Positions 1 through 15,479 of a DNA stretch of 64,000 bases are shown here, piece after piece. A program made the translations under genes and the position numbers. The first letter of the stretch is position 1. Each line of letters begins with the position of its first letter. The notes below the pieces were generated by a model. It was not told the DNA's origin. It saw nothing but the letters and a program-made list of their open reading frames with translations, and did not search any database. Source of the stretch: the human T2T-CHM13v2.0 reference genome, Homo sapiens; assembly GCF_009914755.1 (NCBI RefSeq), contig NC_060933.1; one strand, 5' to 3'.

Positions 1-39
1 GAGTATTTGTTCTCCACTTCTTCCTCAATAATGCACCAC

Positions 40-455
40 CTAGAATCACCTGGATACAGAAGCCCAGAACAAACTACATTTCCCAGACTTCCTTGCAGCT
101 AGATGTGCTCAATTCTGACCAATGGGATGGAAATAGAATTAATGTTGACTTTTTTTTTTTCCAGGAAATCTTAGAGTGAGAGGACATAATTTTCTCCTTC
201 CAATATCTCCTTCTGGCTGACTAAGATAAAATGGATAAATGGGTAAGATATTTGGAACTTGGATCATAAAATGGAGTTACATGTTGAGAATTGCAGTGCA
301 TTGAGAAGCATGGTGTCCAGGTTATCTGCCAATAGTCAAGCCTCTATGCAGGCTTTTAACTGTGTATGTTTACATAAGCATGAGAGACAGATATATTTCT
401 ATTTTGTTTAAAACACTCTTATTTTTGGTTTACAAATTGTTGTAGCTGAACTTAA
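40..455 (+). mobile_element. Old ERVL-class solo LTR (LTR16/LTR33-like)
   Basis: ctacatttcccagacttccttgcagctag...ttctgaccaatggga 5' motif and ttctattttgtttaaaacact...gctgaac 3' motif. Family by recall. Confidence 0.55.
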
Positions 456-479
456 TACACGGGAACATTTTCAAAAGAG

Positions 480-785
480 GGCTGGGCACAGTGGCTCACT
501 CCTGTAATTCCAGCATTGGGAGGCAGAGTTGGGAGGATTGTTTGAGGCCAGGAGTTTGAGGCCAACTTGGGCAACATAGTGAAATCCAGTCTCTGTAAAA
601 GACTTAAAAATTAGCTGGGCATGGTTGCATATGCCTGTAGACCCAGCTACTTGGGAGGCTGAAGAAGAAGGATCACTTGAGCCCAAGAGGTTGAGGCTGC
701 AGTGAGCTATTATTTCACCACTGCATGCCAGCCAGGGTGACAGAGTGAAAAAGTCTCAAAAAAAAAAAAAAAAAAAAAAAAAAAG
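480..785 (+). mobile_element. Alu (AluJ-like)
   Basis: Dimeric Alu with long A tail. TSD aaaagag at 473-479 and 786-792. Confidence 0.95.
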
Positions 786-1244
786 AAAAGAGTACACAAC
801 TTTCATAATTTCATAATTTTTCTTTCAAGAACAGCTAATAAAAATATTTTGAGCTTGCTTACCATAAACTTCACAATCATGTATGGTAGATTTGATTTTG
901 GGTGATGATCAGGGAGTGCCTACCTAGTTGGCCACTAGTTAATTTTTGTATAAATACAGGGTTTGCTTGATCAACAACTTGAATATTTTATACTAAGTAT
1001 CTAAACTAATCCTTTTATTTTCACTGAAAACTGTTATATTTCCATTTTTTACATGAGGTTGTTAATATAAAACCAATTTGTTTTTGTGAATGAAGTGAGG
1101 AAAAGATCCATTTTTTTTTTGAAAAAAGAGATAGCTCATTATTCCAAACCACTTAATTTATAGCATTTATATACATATTTTTGCTGCTGATTTAAAATGT
1201 ACATTTATCAAATGTTAGCTACTTATATCAACATTTATATTTGA

Positions 1245-3072
1245 AGGACAATGACTAGGAATTTTATGAATTTCATAAAAAATATAAATTCACAGATCCA
1301 AGATACTCAATAAACCTCAAGCTGAAATAACACAAAGAAAGCCACACAAAAAACCCATATTAATTAAATTCCTGAAAACAAGTGAAGAGAAAAACCTTAA
1401 AAATAGAAAAAATATGCATAAAGAAACAAATATACAAATTAATTTCCCCTCAGAAACTATGTATTTCAGAAGAATGGAAAAACATCTTTAAAATGCTGAA
1501 AGAAATTATAAACTTAAAATTGTATATCTGACCAAAACATTATTCAAAATTAAAGGCAAAATAATTTTTTTTTTCTGGAAAAAAAAAAAACCAGAAAATT
1601 TGTGGCTAGGAGACCTGCATAACAAGAAATGTTTTTTAAAAATTTAAGTCCTTAAATGGAAGAAAAATAAGTGATGAAAACTTGGATCTACACACAAAAA
1701 TAAAAAGCTCCAGACATGGTAAATATAAAATACTTTTTTATTTGTTAAATTTATATAGTTCTTAAAAATAATTGATTGTTTAAAGCAAAAATCATACCAA
1801 TGTATTGAGAATTTTAAGCTATGTAAGAATAAATTTTATAATAAAATAACTCACAGTATATTAGGAAGTGAATACTGTTGCAAGATTTTAAATTTATATG
1901 TGAAGTGATATAATGTTAATTGAAAGTAGACTGTGATAAAATTAAGATGCATGTTATGAACCTTAGTGAACAAAGAAATAAACAAAAAAGTATAGCTTAT
2001 AAGTCAATAGTGGATTTAAAATAGAATGATAGAAAATATGCAATTAATCCAAAAGGAGGTAGGAAAGAAGAAAAAGGGGAAGAAAGAGCATATGGGATAA
2101 ATTCAAAACACATAACAAAAAGATAAATTTAAACCCAATTATGTCAATAATTATATTGAGTATAAATAGTCTAAATGCTCCCATTAAAAGGCAGAGATTT
2201 CAGATTGGATAAAATGCAAGACCAACTATATGCTGCTTATAAGGAAACTATTTATAAATATACAGATAAGTTAAAATGAAAAGTACTGAAAAAGATACAA
2301 TATGCATATACCAATCATAAGAAAGGTGGACTGGATATATTAATATCAGATAAAGTAGAATTCAAAGGAAGGAATATTATCAGGACTAAAGAGGGATACT
2401 TTATAATGATGTGAACATCAAGAAAACATAACCATCCTAATTTGTACCCAATTAACAGAGCTTTAAAATACATGAAACAAAAATGAACACAACTCGAAGA
2501 AGAATTAGACAAATTCACAATTATATTTGTAGTCTCCAACATTCCTTTTCAAGTAGTCGACAAAAAAAGACAGAAAATCACCAAATATAGAAGAATTGAA
2601 CAATATCAACCAAATTAATCTAATTGACATTAATAATAGAACTCTCCACCCAACAACTGTAGAATTCACATTCTTCGAAGAGCTCATGAAACATTTACTA
2701 AGGTAGACTGTCCATTGGATCATGAAATAATTCTCAATAAATTTAAAAGAACTAAAATCAGGCAGTGTAAGAGCATATTATGTATCAACAGTAGAATTAA
2801 ATTAGAAATGAAAAACAAAATGATAATACCCAAATTATCATTTTTTTGTCCAAAAAACGACACACTTCTAAACAATCCATGGGTCCAAAAAGATGACAGA
2901 AAGGAAACTAGAAAATATTTTGAACTGTAACTTAGAATTTTATCTATAAATGTTAACATTAGAAAAGAATTAAAAATTAAGCTTCTACCTTTAAGCACTG
3001 TGATAGCTGCTTCCCTCAAATTTTGATATGTTGTGTTTCATTATCATTTCATTCAAAATGCTTTCTAGTTTC
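1245..3072 (+). mobile_element. Old L1M fragment (ORF1 end, inter-ORF, ORF2 endonuclease region), degenerate
   Basis: A-rich sense strand. ORF2 start remnant MSIIILSINSLNAPIKRQR at 2141. Many stops and frameshifts. 2992-3072 is inverted. Confidence 0.85.
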
Positions 3073-3084
3073 AGTTGATATTGC

Positions 3085-4440
3085 ATGTTTTGGGGAGTGA
3101 CAGAGATCAATATCACCCTTAAAGACCTAAAGGACACAGGTTAGGTGGTCTCCATCATATCTGCATCAATTCATCAGGTGGTTCCCTATAAAATCCAGGT
3201 GGTTTCCGGAGAATGACACACAGTACTACAAACTCAGCATAGCAGGAAACTTTATTTCAGCTGTTTTACAAGATGTTGCATGTTTTATAGAATAAATTAA
3301 CAAGGTCTGATATATGGCATGTAGCCACTGGTATGACAAACGTGTTCTTTTCCATTCCTGTTAGAAAAGGGAATGAAATGCAGTTTGTATTCACTTGGAA
3401 CATACAGCAGTATATGTTTAGTCTTGCCCCAGGGCTATGTTAAATCTCTTGACCTCTGTCATAATGTAAGTCTGAGGAAATCTGAACCATCTGAACATTA
3501 GAAAAAATATCACACTGGTGTATTTATGATGTCGTGATAATTGGGCAATATAAGCAATAACTGTTAAGTACACTAGAGGGGCTGATTAGACATGCACTCC
3601 AGGGAATAGGAGATAAATCCTATGAGGACTCATAGGCCTACTACATCAAAAAAATTCTTAGAGGTCTAATTTATTGAGTATGCTCAGACATTCCCTCCAA
3701 AATGTAGTTAGAATGATTGCATCTCATACTTCCCACCACAAAGAAGGAAGCATATCTGCCCTCTTTGGGTTTTGGAGGCAGTATATTCCACACTGGGAAT
3801 ATTACTATTGACTGATACAAAAGGCTTCCGGGTTTGAGGGGAGCTTGCAGCTAGAAAGTGCTGTACAGCAGGTCTAGATTTTGGTGCAAAAGTCCCTGAT
3901 GCTTGGACCATAAACTCCCACAACTATGCCATTTGCAATGGAGAATTACACTCCTAGAAAGACAGTTCCTGTTTTTCTACTTGGAAGCCCATGTAGAGAT
4001 AGTACACATTACCGTGGGTCAAGTGACCTTGTGGCCAGCACTGCCATCATGAAATGAGGTCCTGATTTCTGTCAGACTCATCAAGTTATAAGGTTGTGTG
4101 GACCCAGTAGCAATCCATTGTAAGGCAGAAGTAGTAGTATGGGATAATAAGTACTAAGGCCTGAGTCTACCTACACATAAGCTACACAAACATGTGACTC
4201 AGATCCCCATGCCATGTACCTTCATTGCATTAGCATCTCTCCCTTAGTTTACACCTATGGATGCATAAGTGCAGGTGGATGGTGATGAGGAAGTCTCTTA
4301 TGATAAGCTCAGGAAAGAAGTAAAAACCTCAGCTTGCTTTAATGATGGGTGGCTTGGTACACAGAAGCAAGCTAAGATGGACAACAACTGCATTATACCC
4401 TCACCCAGCAGAAACAGCAGTGAGAGAAAGCCCTCTCACT
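3085..4440 (+). mobile_element. ERVL-type endogenous retrovirus internal pol relic (RT to RNase H)
   Basis: From 3315: WHVATGMTNVFFSIPVRKGNEMQFVFTWNIQQYMF, then after a frameshift VLPQGYVKSLDLCHN. RNase H-like KTSACFNDG in ORF 4269..4589. Resembles HERV-L/MERV-L pol motifs. Confidence 0.85.
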
Positions 4441-4599
4441 GTTTTGAGACAATGTCTCAATGTTTTGAGACGAAGTCCAATGCTCTGTCTCAGTTCTATT
4501 CAATGAAGCTGCCTACAGCTGAAAGAAACCAGAAGGAGCATGCTATGAAATCTGTTAATTTGAGTGTTCAGTGGAAGGTGATTGGGTGAAAGCAGACTT

Positions 4600-7921
<3,322 letters not shown>

Positions 7922-8256
7922 GAGTTACACTTAGAAAACTAAAGAATAGAATCTCCAAATAAAACCAAATAAGAACCAGAGAAGTACCTTAAAAAGATTA
8001 ATGTCTATTAGGCAAGTAAATCCTAGTCTGGGGCTTAATCTGAAAGAGATCTTAATGGGTCTGAGCACATGTATTTCTGGGAATAGCCATAGCAGAATTG
8101 CTTGTGAGTTTGATGCAGTGGAAACGCCTTAAATGTCTAATAGGAAATTAAAAAATAAAGTATGACGCAGCTACAAAATAGAATATTATACAGTCAATAA
8201 AAACGATGATGGGTCATTTGTTCTTAATAATTTTTGGTTCATAGACACCCCCCCTC

Positions 8257-8545
8257 TTTTAGAGACAGGGTCTTGCTCTGTCACTCATGCTGGAATATAG
8301 TAGTGCAATCATAGCTCACTGAAACCTCGAATTCCTGGGCTTAAGAGATCTTCCCACCTCAGCCTCACCAGTAGCTAGGACTACAGGTGCACACCACCAT
8401 GCCCAGCTAATTAAACTTTTTTTGTCATAGAGATGAGGTCTGGCTATACTTTCTAGGCTGGTCTCAAACTTCAGGTCTCAAGTGATCCTACTGCCTCGTG
8501 CTTACAAAGTTTTGGGATTACAGGCATGAGCCACTGCACCCGGCC
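8257..8545 (-). mobile_element. Alu (AluJ-like) inserted in a hAT-Charlie MER relic (about 8220-8690)
   Basis: Antisense Alu. Flanks ttcttaa...catagac and ccccagaaaaag...tgaagccaatccatg...taagaa resemble a MER112/MER103-type element. Confidence 0.85.
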
Positions 8546-10223
8546 ACATAGAACCTTTTAAGGCTTCAAGAGCCATAGAACTTGTCCCCAGAAAAAGTTA
8601 TGCACATACACATAAATGTCAGCTTACAATTTCAGAAGGTCCTTCAATTTACCTGAAGCCAATCCATGAGACACTACGCTAAGAATACCCATGTAAGATA
8701 TATTTTTAATGACTTGGACAGGTGTTTGTGACAACATAATTTTTCCACAAAAATACAGTTTACAAAATGGCATGTATGGGATGATAGAATTTGATTAAAA
8801 ATGTAAATATCTTTCTATCTATGCAGAAAATGAATCTGGAAGAATGTCAAAATGCCAGTAGTGTTATCTTTAAGGGTGAGATTTTTGGATGATATTTATT
8901 TTCTTCTTAAGCTCTATTTGTATTTTATAGGTTCTATAATAATTGTGCATTAATTTGTACAATAATTTTAAATAGTCAATTTTAAAAATCTGAGAAACAG
9001 TTGAAAAAAGTTGGCAGTTGTGAAAGTAGGGTGTACAGGACAGCTCAGAGCTGTGAGGACTCTGGAGGAAGCCAGGTGCAGGGCAGGTGTACCCAAGGGC
9101 CCTATAGGGTACACCTGTGGAGGTAGGTCTAGAGGTCTAGCTCGTCCTGATCTGAGCTACCCTGTCTCTGCTCCAGTAGGGGAATGAAATCTTGAACAAT
9201 TAGTTAAGCACAATAATTTATCTCTTTGAGGTATGGTCCTTGGGGCTCTGCAGAGCTCTCTCTGGAACATGACATTGAATCCCACTTATCCGAGTGAGTT
9301 AGGAAATAGAAACATATCCAGGTAAAGAAGACAAGGATGGAGTCCATGCTACATAAAGACCAGTGGAAGGTACTAAGGGCTGGCCAGAGAAGAGATGACT
9401 ACAGATGGGCAAGGTCATTGTTTTTGTGTGTTTGAGGACTGTCTTGGAGAAGAGGGGATACAGTCGTTGTGTAACAATCCAAACCAGTGTATCTTAGGCA
9501 CTGTATTTTAGGCTGTGTTCTGAGAGCTGGAGAAATAGGTGATGCAGTTCTTCTGCAACAGAGGATTTAAGGAAGCATTCCAATGTGGTCTAGTGTGGGC
9601 TATAATGAAGATTTGGAGGAGGAGCTCTAGGAAAACAAAGGGGCAAGTGAACTACTCTGCCTGGGGAAGTTGCAGTACATTTTATGGTATAACAGAATTT
9701 TTCTAGTTTTAGAAAGGTGACAAAGAATTCTAGGCAGGGCAGAAACAGCAACGTATACAAAAGTGAGAGGCATGAAAAGGAGGTTACAAAGGGCAGAAGA
9801 TGCAAACAAGGCTGGAGATTTGGTGGTCTCCAAAGTGTAAAGAGTCTTGAATTCCATGTTAAAACATTTGGACCTATGCTATGGACATATTCTATAGAAA
9901 GTATCCATCTTGTGATGGAACTAGGTCCAATGATAGAAGATACAGCAATTGCCTTGGGAGATAATGACTGTCCATCAAACAGAGGCCAGTAAGCCCTTTG
10001 ATGGGTATAGACTGAAGAGAAACAACCACATAACAGGGCATTTGTCTGGACTTTGTGATCTCACCCACCCTCTGGGAAATGTCCCAGACTTAGCTTTTCA
10101 GGAGGTATATTTGTGTATTTCCCTCTGCGAAAGACAGAGCCTGGAGGTACTATATATTTTTGCTTTCTAAGTTAGAGAACTTTTTAATATCTTGACAGCT
10201 TATACCAGAATTCATCTGTGAAG

Positions 10224-10585
10224 TGTATCTAAGTCTGCTTGGGCTGTTGTCACAGAATATCACAGACTGGTAGCTCATAAACAACGAACAGTGATTTCTC
10301 ACAGTTTTGGAGGCTAAGAAGCCCAGGATCAAGTTGCTGGAAGATTTGGTGTCTGGTGAGGGCCTGCTTCCTCATTCATGGACTGCTGTCTTCTCACTGC
10401 ATCCTCACATGGTGGATGTAGCAAGGGAGTTCACTGGGGTCTCTTTTATAAGGACACTACTCTCATGCATGAGGGTTCTACCCTAACGATCTAATAATCA
10501 CCTTCTAAAGGCCCTACATGCAAATACTATCACACTGCAGATTTGGGTTCAACATATGAATTTGGGGAGGGGGCACTAACATCTA
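10224..10585 (-). mobile_element. MaLR solo LTR (MLT1A-like)
   Basis: tttctcacagttttggaggctaagaagcccaggatcaag...ggtgagggcctgcttcc...tcaacatatgaatttgggg. Confidence 0.85.
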
Positions 10586-11050
10586 CTGACATTAGGATGT
10601 AGTAGAAGGAGTCCTTCTTATTTGAAAGATCATATGTGAAGCCTCTCTGAGTAGCAGGTAAGACCCCAAAGGGGTTGTCAGGAGTTCAAGCAAAAGGAAA
10701 GCTATAGCTAAGCTGTCCAACCTGAGAATATAAGAGGAGTTAAGAGATATATGGGGAATAGGAGAGGTCAGTGGTTTACAAGGGGATGAGAGAAGGAGGG
10801 ACTAGAAAGATGGTCTATGGCTGAGGACTCCACAGGGTAAACAGAGGTAGAGCTTTACAACAATATGCATTGTTGTGCAAGTTGCCTTTGCTCAACTGGT
10901 TGGCTGAGGCAGCTGGCTGGGTTTGCAATTAAACCAGTGTCCTGATCCCTAAGTCGTATTTTCTGGGTCTGCACTTGAAGGAGGTGTCCCTATGGCCTAG
11001 TAGTGACCCTGGGAAGAGCATCTTATGGAATTGCCTTATGATAAGGTGGT

Positions 11051-11424
11051 TGTTATGGATTGAATATTTGTGTCCACCTCAAATTCACATATTGAAATAC
11101 TAATTCCCAATGTGATGGTATTTGGTGGCGGGACCTTTGAGGGGTAGAGAAGGTTAGATGAGGTCATGAAGATGGGGCCCTTATGATGGGATGAGTGCCC
11201 TTATAAAATAAGGAGGGAACACAAGATCTCTGTCTGTCTCTGCATGTGAAGATACAATGAGAAAGTAGCTGTCTGCAAACCAGGAAGAGTGTCCTCATCA
11301 GATACCAGCTTTGCTGGTACCTTGATTTTGGACTTCCTAGCTTCCATAACTGTAAGAAAATGAGTGTTTGCTGTTTATGCCATCCAGTCTATAGTAATTT
11401 GCTATGGCAGCCCAAACTAAGACA
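11051..11424 (+). mobile_element. MaLR solo LTR (MLT1A-like)
   Basis: tgttatggattgaatatttgtgtcc...gcagcccaaactaagaca with TG...CA ends. Confidence 0.88.
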
Positions 11425-12230
11425 GTGGCCAAAGGAGGGCTTCACAAGGGGGATGCCTAATGTCCAATTTGAAGTTGTTGTGATATAATAATCCTTTTTC
11501 TAGCTACTAAATAAATCTTCAAGTAAGTGCACTATACTTATTAGCTCTTTGTGCAAGATGAGTGTATGGGTGTGTAGAAATTGAAGAAAGGCGGGGTTTC
11601 TCGTCTGGATTGTAGCCATGTGGACAAAACAGCATTTGCAGAATCAGAAACCTAGATTTGGAGACATCAGAATACAAATCCCCCATGCTCCCGTCTCCCC
11701 TTTTTCTTTCCCAGAAATCTGCAGGCTTTGGTCTTCCATGAAGCATGGAGTTGATCGTTTGAGCCAGCCTTATCTGGATTTTAAAGGGCAGGGAGGTAGC
11801 AAGTGACATCAGGATTACATTTTATTGTTTTAGTGCCTCCAGCGAGATGTCATGAATAAGTTTATTTTATGACTGTGTGTCTCTCGCTTAAGTAAGCTAA
11901 TATTGCATCATGGGTAGTTTACACAAATCATTGTTTTAAGGATGCAGTTCAAAACAAAAATATATGAGCAAACTGAAATTCTTATCTCTAAGATCCAAAG
12001 GATAATAGTTCATTTATGCATCACATCTTCTGGAATGTATTTTTATAGACTGTAAATTGGATAAGATAGCTGAGTGCAATGCATGGTAGGGAAGGATAAA
12101 TAATAAGAAGCTTTAGGTTCAAGACCCAGCTCATGCTAAGTTGCTGTGTGAATTTAGGTAATTGTAGTCCTCTCTGATATATAATTATCCTGTAATGTTG
12201 GAGTGTTGAACAAAAACGACCTCCAGGATC

Positions 12231-12631
12231 TGTATTAATTAAGACTAAATTAGTTGTATTAAAGGAAGATGGAAACGTCCTTCTTCCTCATGTAGAGGTC
12301 TCAAGATAGGCTATAGGTGTCTCTACTCCAAGAAATCCTCCAGGGTCCAGGATCCTTTATATTTTTCCTAAAGCAGGAAAACATACAAAGCCAAGCAAAA
12401 TATCTAATGATTAAATATGTAACCTGGAAGCTGCACATAGTACTTCAGCTCACATTCCCTTGGCCTTAAGTTTGTCACATGGGCTCACCCAATCTGCAAG
12501 GTAGATTAGGAAATACAGAAATAGAGTCTATATTCTTAGCTGATATACGTTGCCAGCTAAAAACTGGGGTTCCGTGATTCCGAGAGAAGAGGATAATGGG
12601 TATTGTAGAACAATTAGAAGTTTCTGCCACA
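12231..12631 (-). mobile_element. Old MaLR LTR (MLT1J/K-like)
   Basis: gctcacattcccttggcc...gtcacatggg...gccagctaaaaactggggttc...tctgccaca. Confidence 0.55.
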
Positions 12632-12778
12632 GGTTCCTTCCAGAACTAACAGTTTAAGATTCTAGGTGTTGTCAACAGTTTTGATGATCAGATATCAAAT
12701 TACTCTCCATCTTTAGGGCCCTTTCTGCTGGATGATGGTTGAGATGACTTGATCACAGAATTAGCAAGTAGTTTAGAC

Positions 12779-13070
12779 CAGTGCTGTCCAATAGAAACAT
12801 AATATAAGCCACACAGAAATTAAAAAAAAAAATTCTAGTAGCCACAGTAAATAAAGGAAAAAGGAGCAGCTAAAATGAATTTTAACAATTAATTTTATTT
12901 CATCTAATCATGTAAACACTATTAACAAGTTATTTTACATTTATTTTTTCATACTGAGTCCTTGAAGTTTATTTTGTAGTGTACATTACAGCACATCTCA
13001 ACTTGAACTAGCTGCATTTTCAGTGTTCAGTAACTCCACATGTCTAGTGACCACCCTGTAAGACAGTAAA
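12779..13070. mobile_element. hAT-Charlie DNA transposon relic (MER33/MER3-like)
   Basis: cagtgctgtccaatagaa start. cacatctcaa...cacatgtctagtgaccacc end motifs. Confidence 0.75.
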
Positions 13071-14411
13071 TTTGTAGACTGTGTTGGCTAGAATGATAGC
13101 AACACAGTGTACACCATAAATTTTTCTATTATAAAGGGAATCCACTAGTTAATTAATTTAGATTTAACTCCATATTATAATATTCATTAATATGAAAGAG
13201 AGCATCATCTTTTCACCTGAGGCTTTTCTATGAATAAGTTAACTATGGACTATTCGCTTTCTGGATCATCAGATCCAGCTAGTCAAGTCAGATCATCTAT
13301 CCAACTAGTCAAATTGGATAGAAGCTGTTGGAGTCCAGCTCTGCCACTTACCAGCTCTGTCATCAGAAGTAAGCTGCCTAACTCTTCTGAGCCCAATTTT
13401 CTTTATCTATGAAAATGTCACATGTTAAAGTATTTTTTATCTGTATTTTTTGGAAGCTGGACTCAGCAGAAATAGCACTGGATAAAGAATAAAGAATTTG
13501 GATTTTAGGTTCAACTTTCCCCTGGTTCTGTGAAACTAGCAGCATCTTCTCTTTAGATCTTACTTTTTCCATTTTGAAAGGTGGGGTGGTATGTTAGGTG
13601 CTTATCAATTCCTCTTCCCTCTTTTCAAATGGAATCATTTGACGTTATACTAAAAGGTTCAGATTTCTAGGATATCATTAGGGAGGTAATTGCTTTCTCA
13701 ACTTTCAACTACTCTTAATAATTCCATAAAAGGGAGAATTGGAATCTGGAAGGCTGAGGCAGCCATAGTAGCACAATATTTCTGAATTGATGCATTCTTT
13801 GGAAGAAAGAGTGGGAAGGATCAGGTAGAAAAATCTTTTATGGTAGTGACTGGTCCCTTAGCATAAACATTGAAAAAAAAATCCCAAGGACCCTCTATCA
13901 ATTCTGTTGGAAATGTATATTGGGGAGTCTTTCTGAAAACGGATTTGGCAACATATATCAAAAGATAGAAAACATATATGTCCTTTCATGTAACGATTTT
14001 ATGTCTAAGAATTTAAGGAAACAACCTGATGTTCACAAAGATGTATTGATAAGTGTTCATTGCTCTACGGCTGACAACATCAGAAAATCAGAAACACTCT
14101 GCCTGCAAAAAATAAGGACTTAGTTAAAAAGTTATGGTACAGGCATACATGAAGATATTATTAAACCATTAAAAGCCATGTTTTCAAAAAATATTTAATG
14201 ATGTAGGCAAATGCTTTACTACAGTATTGACCATAAAACATCACTAATAATATGATGTACTCAGTCATATGGTCGGTCCCAGACTTCTTTTTAAGTTGGC
14301 CCCTTCCCAGGGGGTCCCCTCATGGTTCCTAACTTTATTTCTTGCCCTCTGGTCCCTGTTTCTCCTTTCCCTCTTCAAATGTCCTCGGAGTGAAACTTCA
14401 TTTTCTTACAG

Positions 14412-14630
14412 GTCAGAGTCTCTTACCTTGATTTTTTTGATATTTTAGCCTGGATAATTCTATGTTGCAGGGGTGGTGGTCTGTCCTGTGCTATGTAAGA
14501 TGTTGAACAGCACTCCTAAGCTATGTGAATTAGATGTCAGAAGCACCTTTTCCCGGTGAAGATAACCAAAAATGTCCCCAGACATTGCCAAATGTTTTCT
14601 TGGGGCTCAGTCACTCCTCCACGCTGCTAC
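14412..14630. mobile_element. MER20 DNA transposon relic
   Basis: ctggataattct...tgtcctgtgc...aaccaaaaatgtccccagacattgccaaatgt. Confidence 0.8.
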
Positions 14631-15088
14631 TGAGTTTGGTGGTTGTTTAAATTTGGTGATCAGGGACTAGGAACCAAGGTCCAATATGACTTTACCATTT
14701 GTTCCAGAAAATTCTTGCCCAGGAAGATAAAGCTGTAAACCAGTAAATAACTTCATTGTTAACCTCAGGCACTTCATGAAAACCCATTTATTCTGCCCAG
14801 GCCAATTGGATGCTCATCTGGGTAGACATCATCTCTCTTAAGACAACAGGTTGCCCAGCTGGAAAAACCCTCTTGCTTTATCAAACATCCATTTACTTAG
14901 GAAGACTACCTCCAAGCCTCTAGCCTCTCAGTGTCCACCAATCCTAAGATATCAGATGACAAAACCTGCCTGCAACACTGGAATCCAGACCCCCAAACCC
15001 TGGACCTCCTCTTTCTAAGACAAACTAAAACTTGTTCAAGGCAGTACTCTCCCATATTTGGTCAGTAAAAACTGGTCTTTGCTGATAA

Positions 15089-15479
<391 letters not shown>

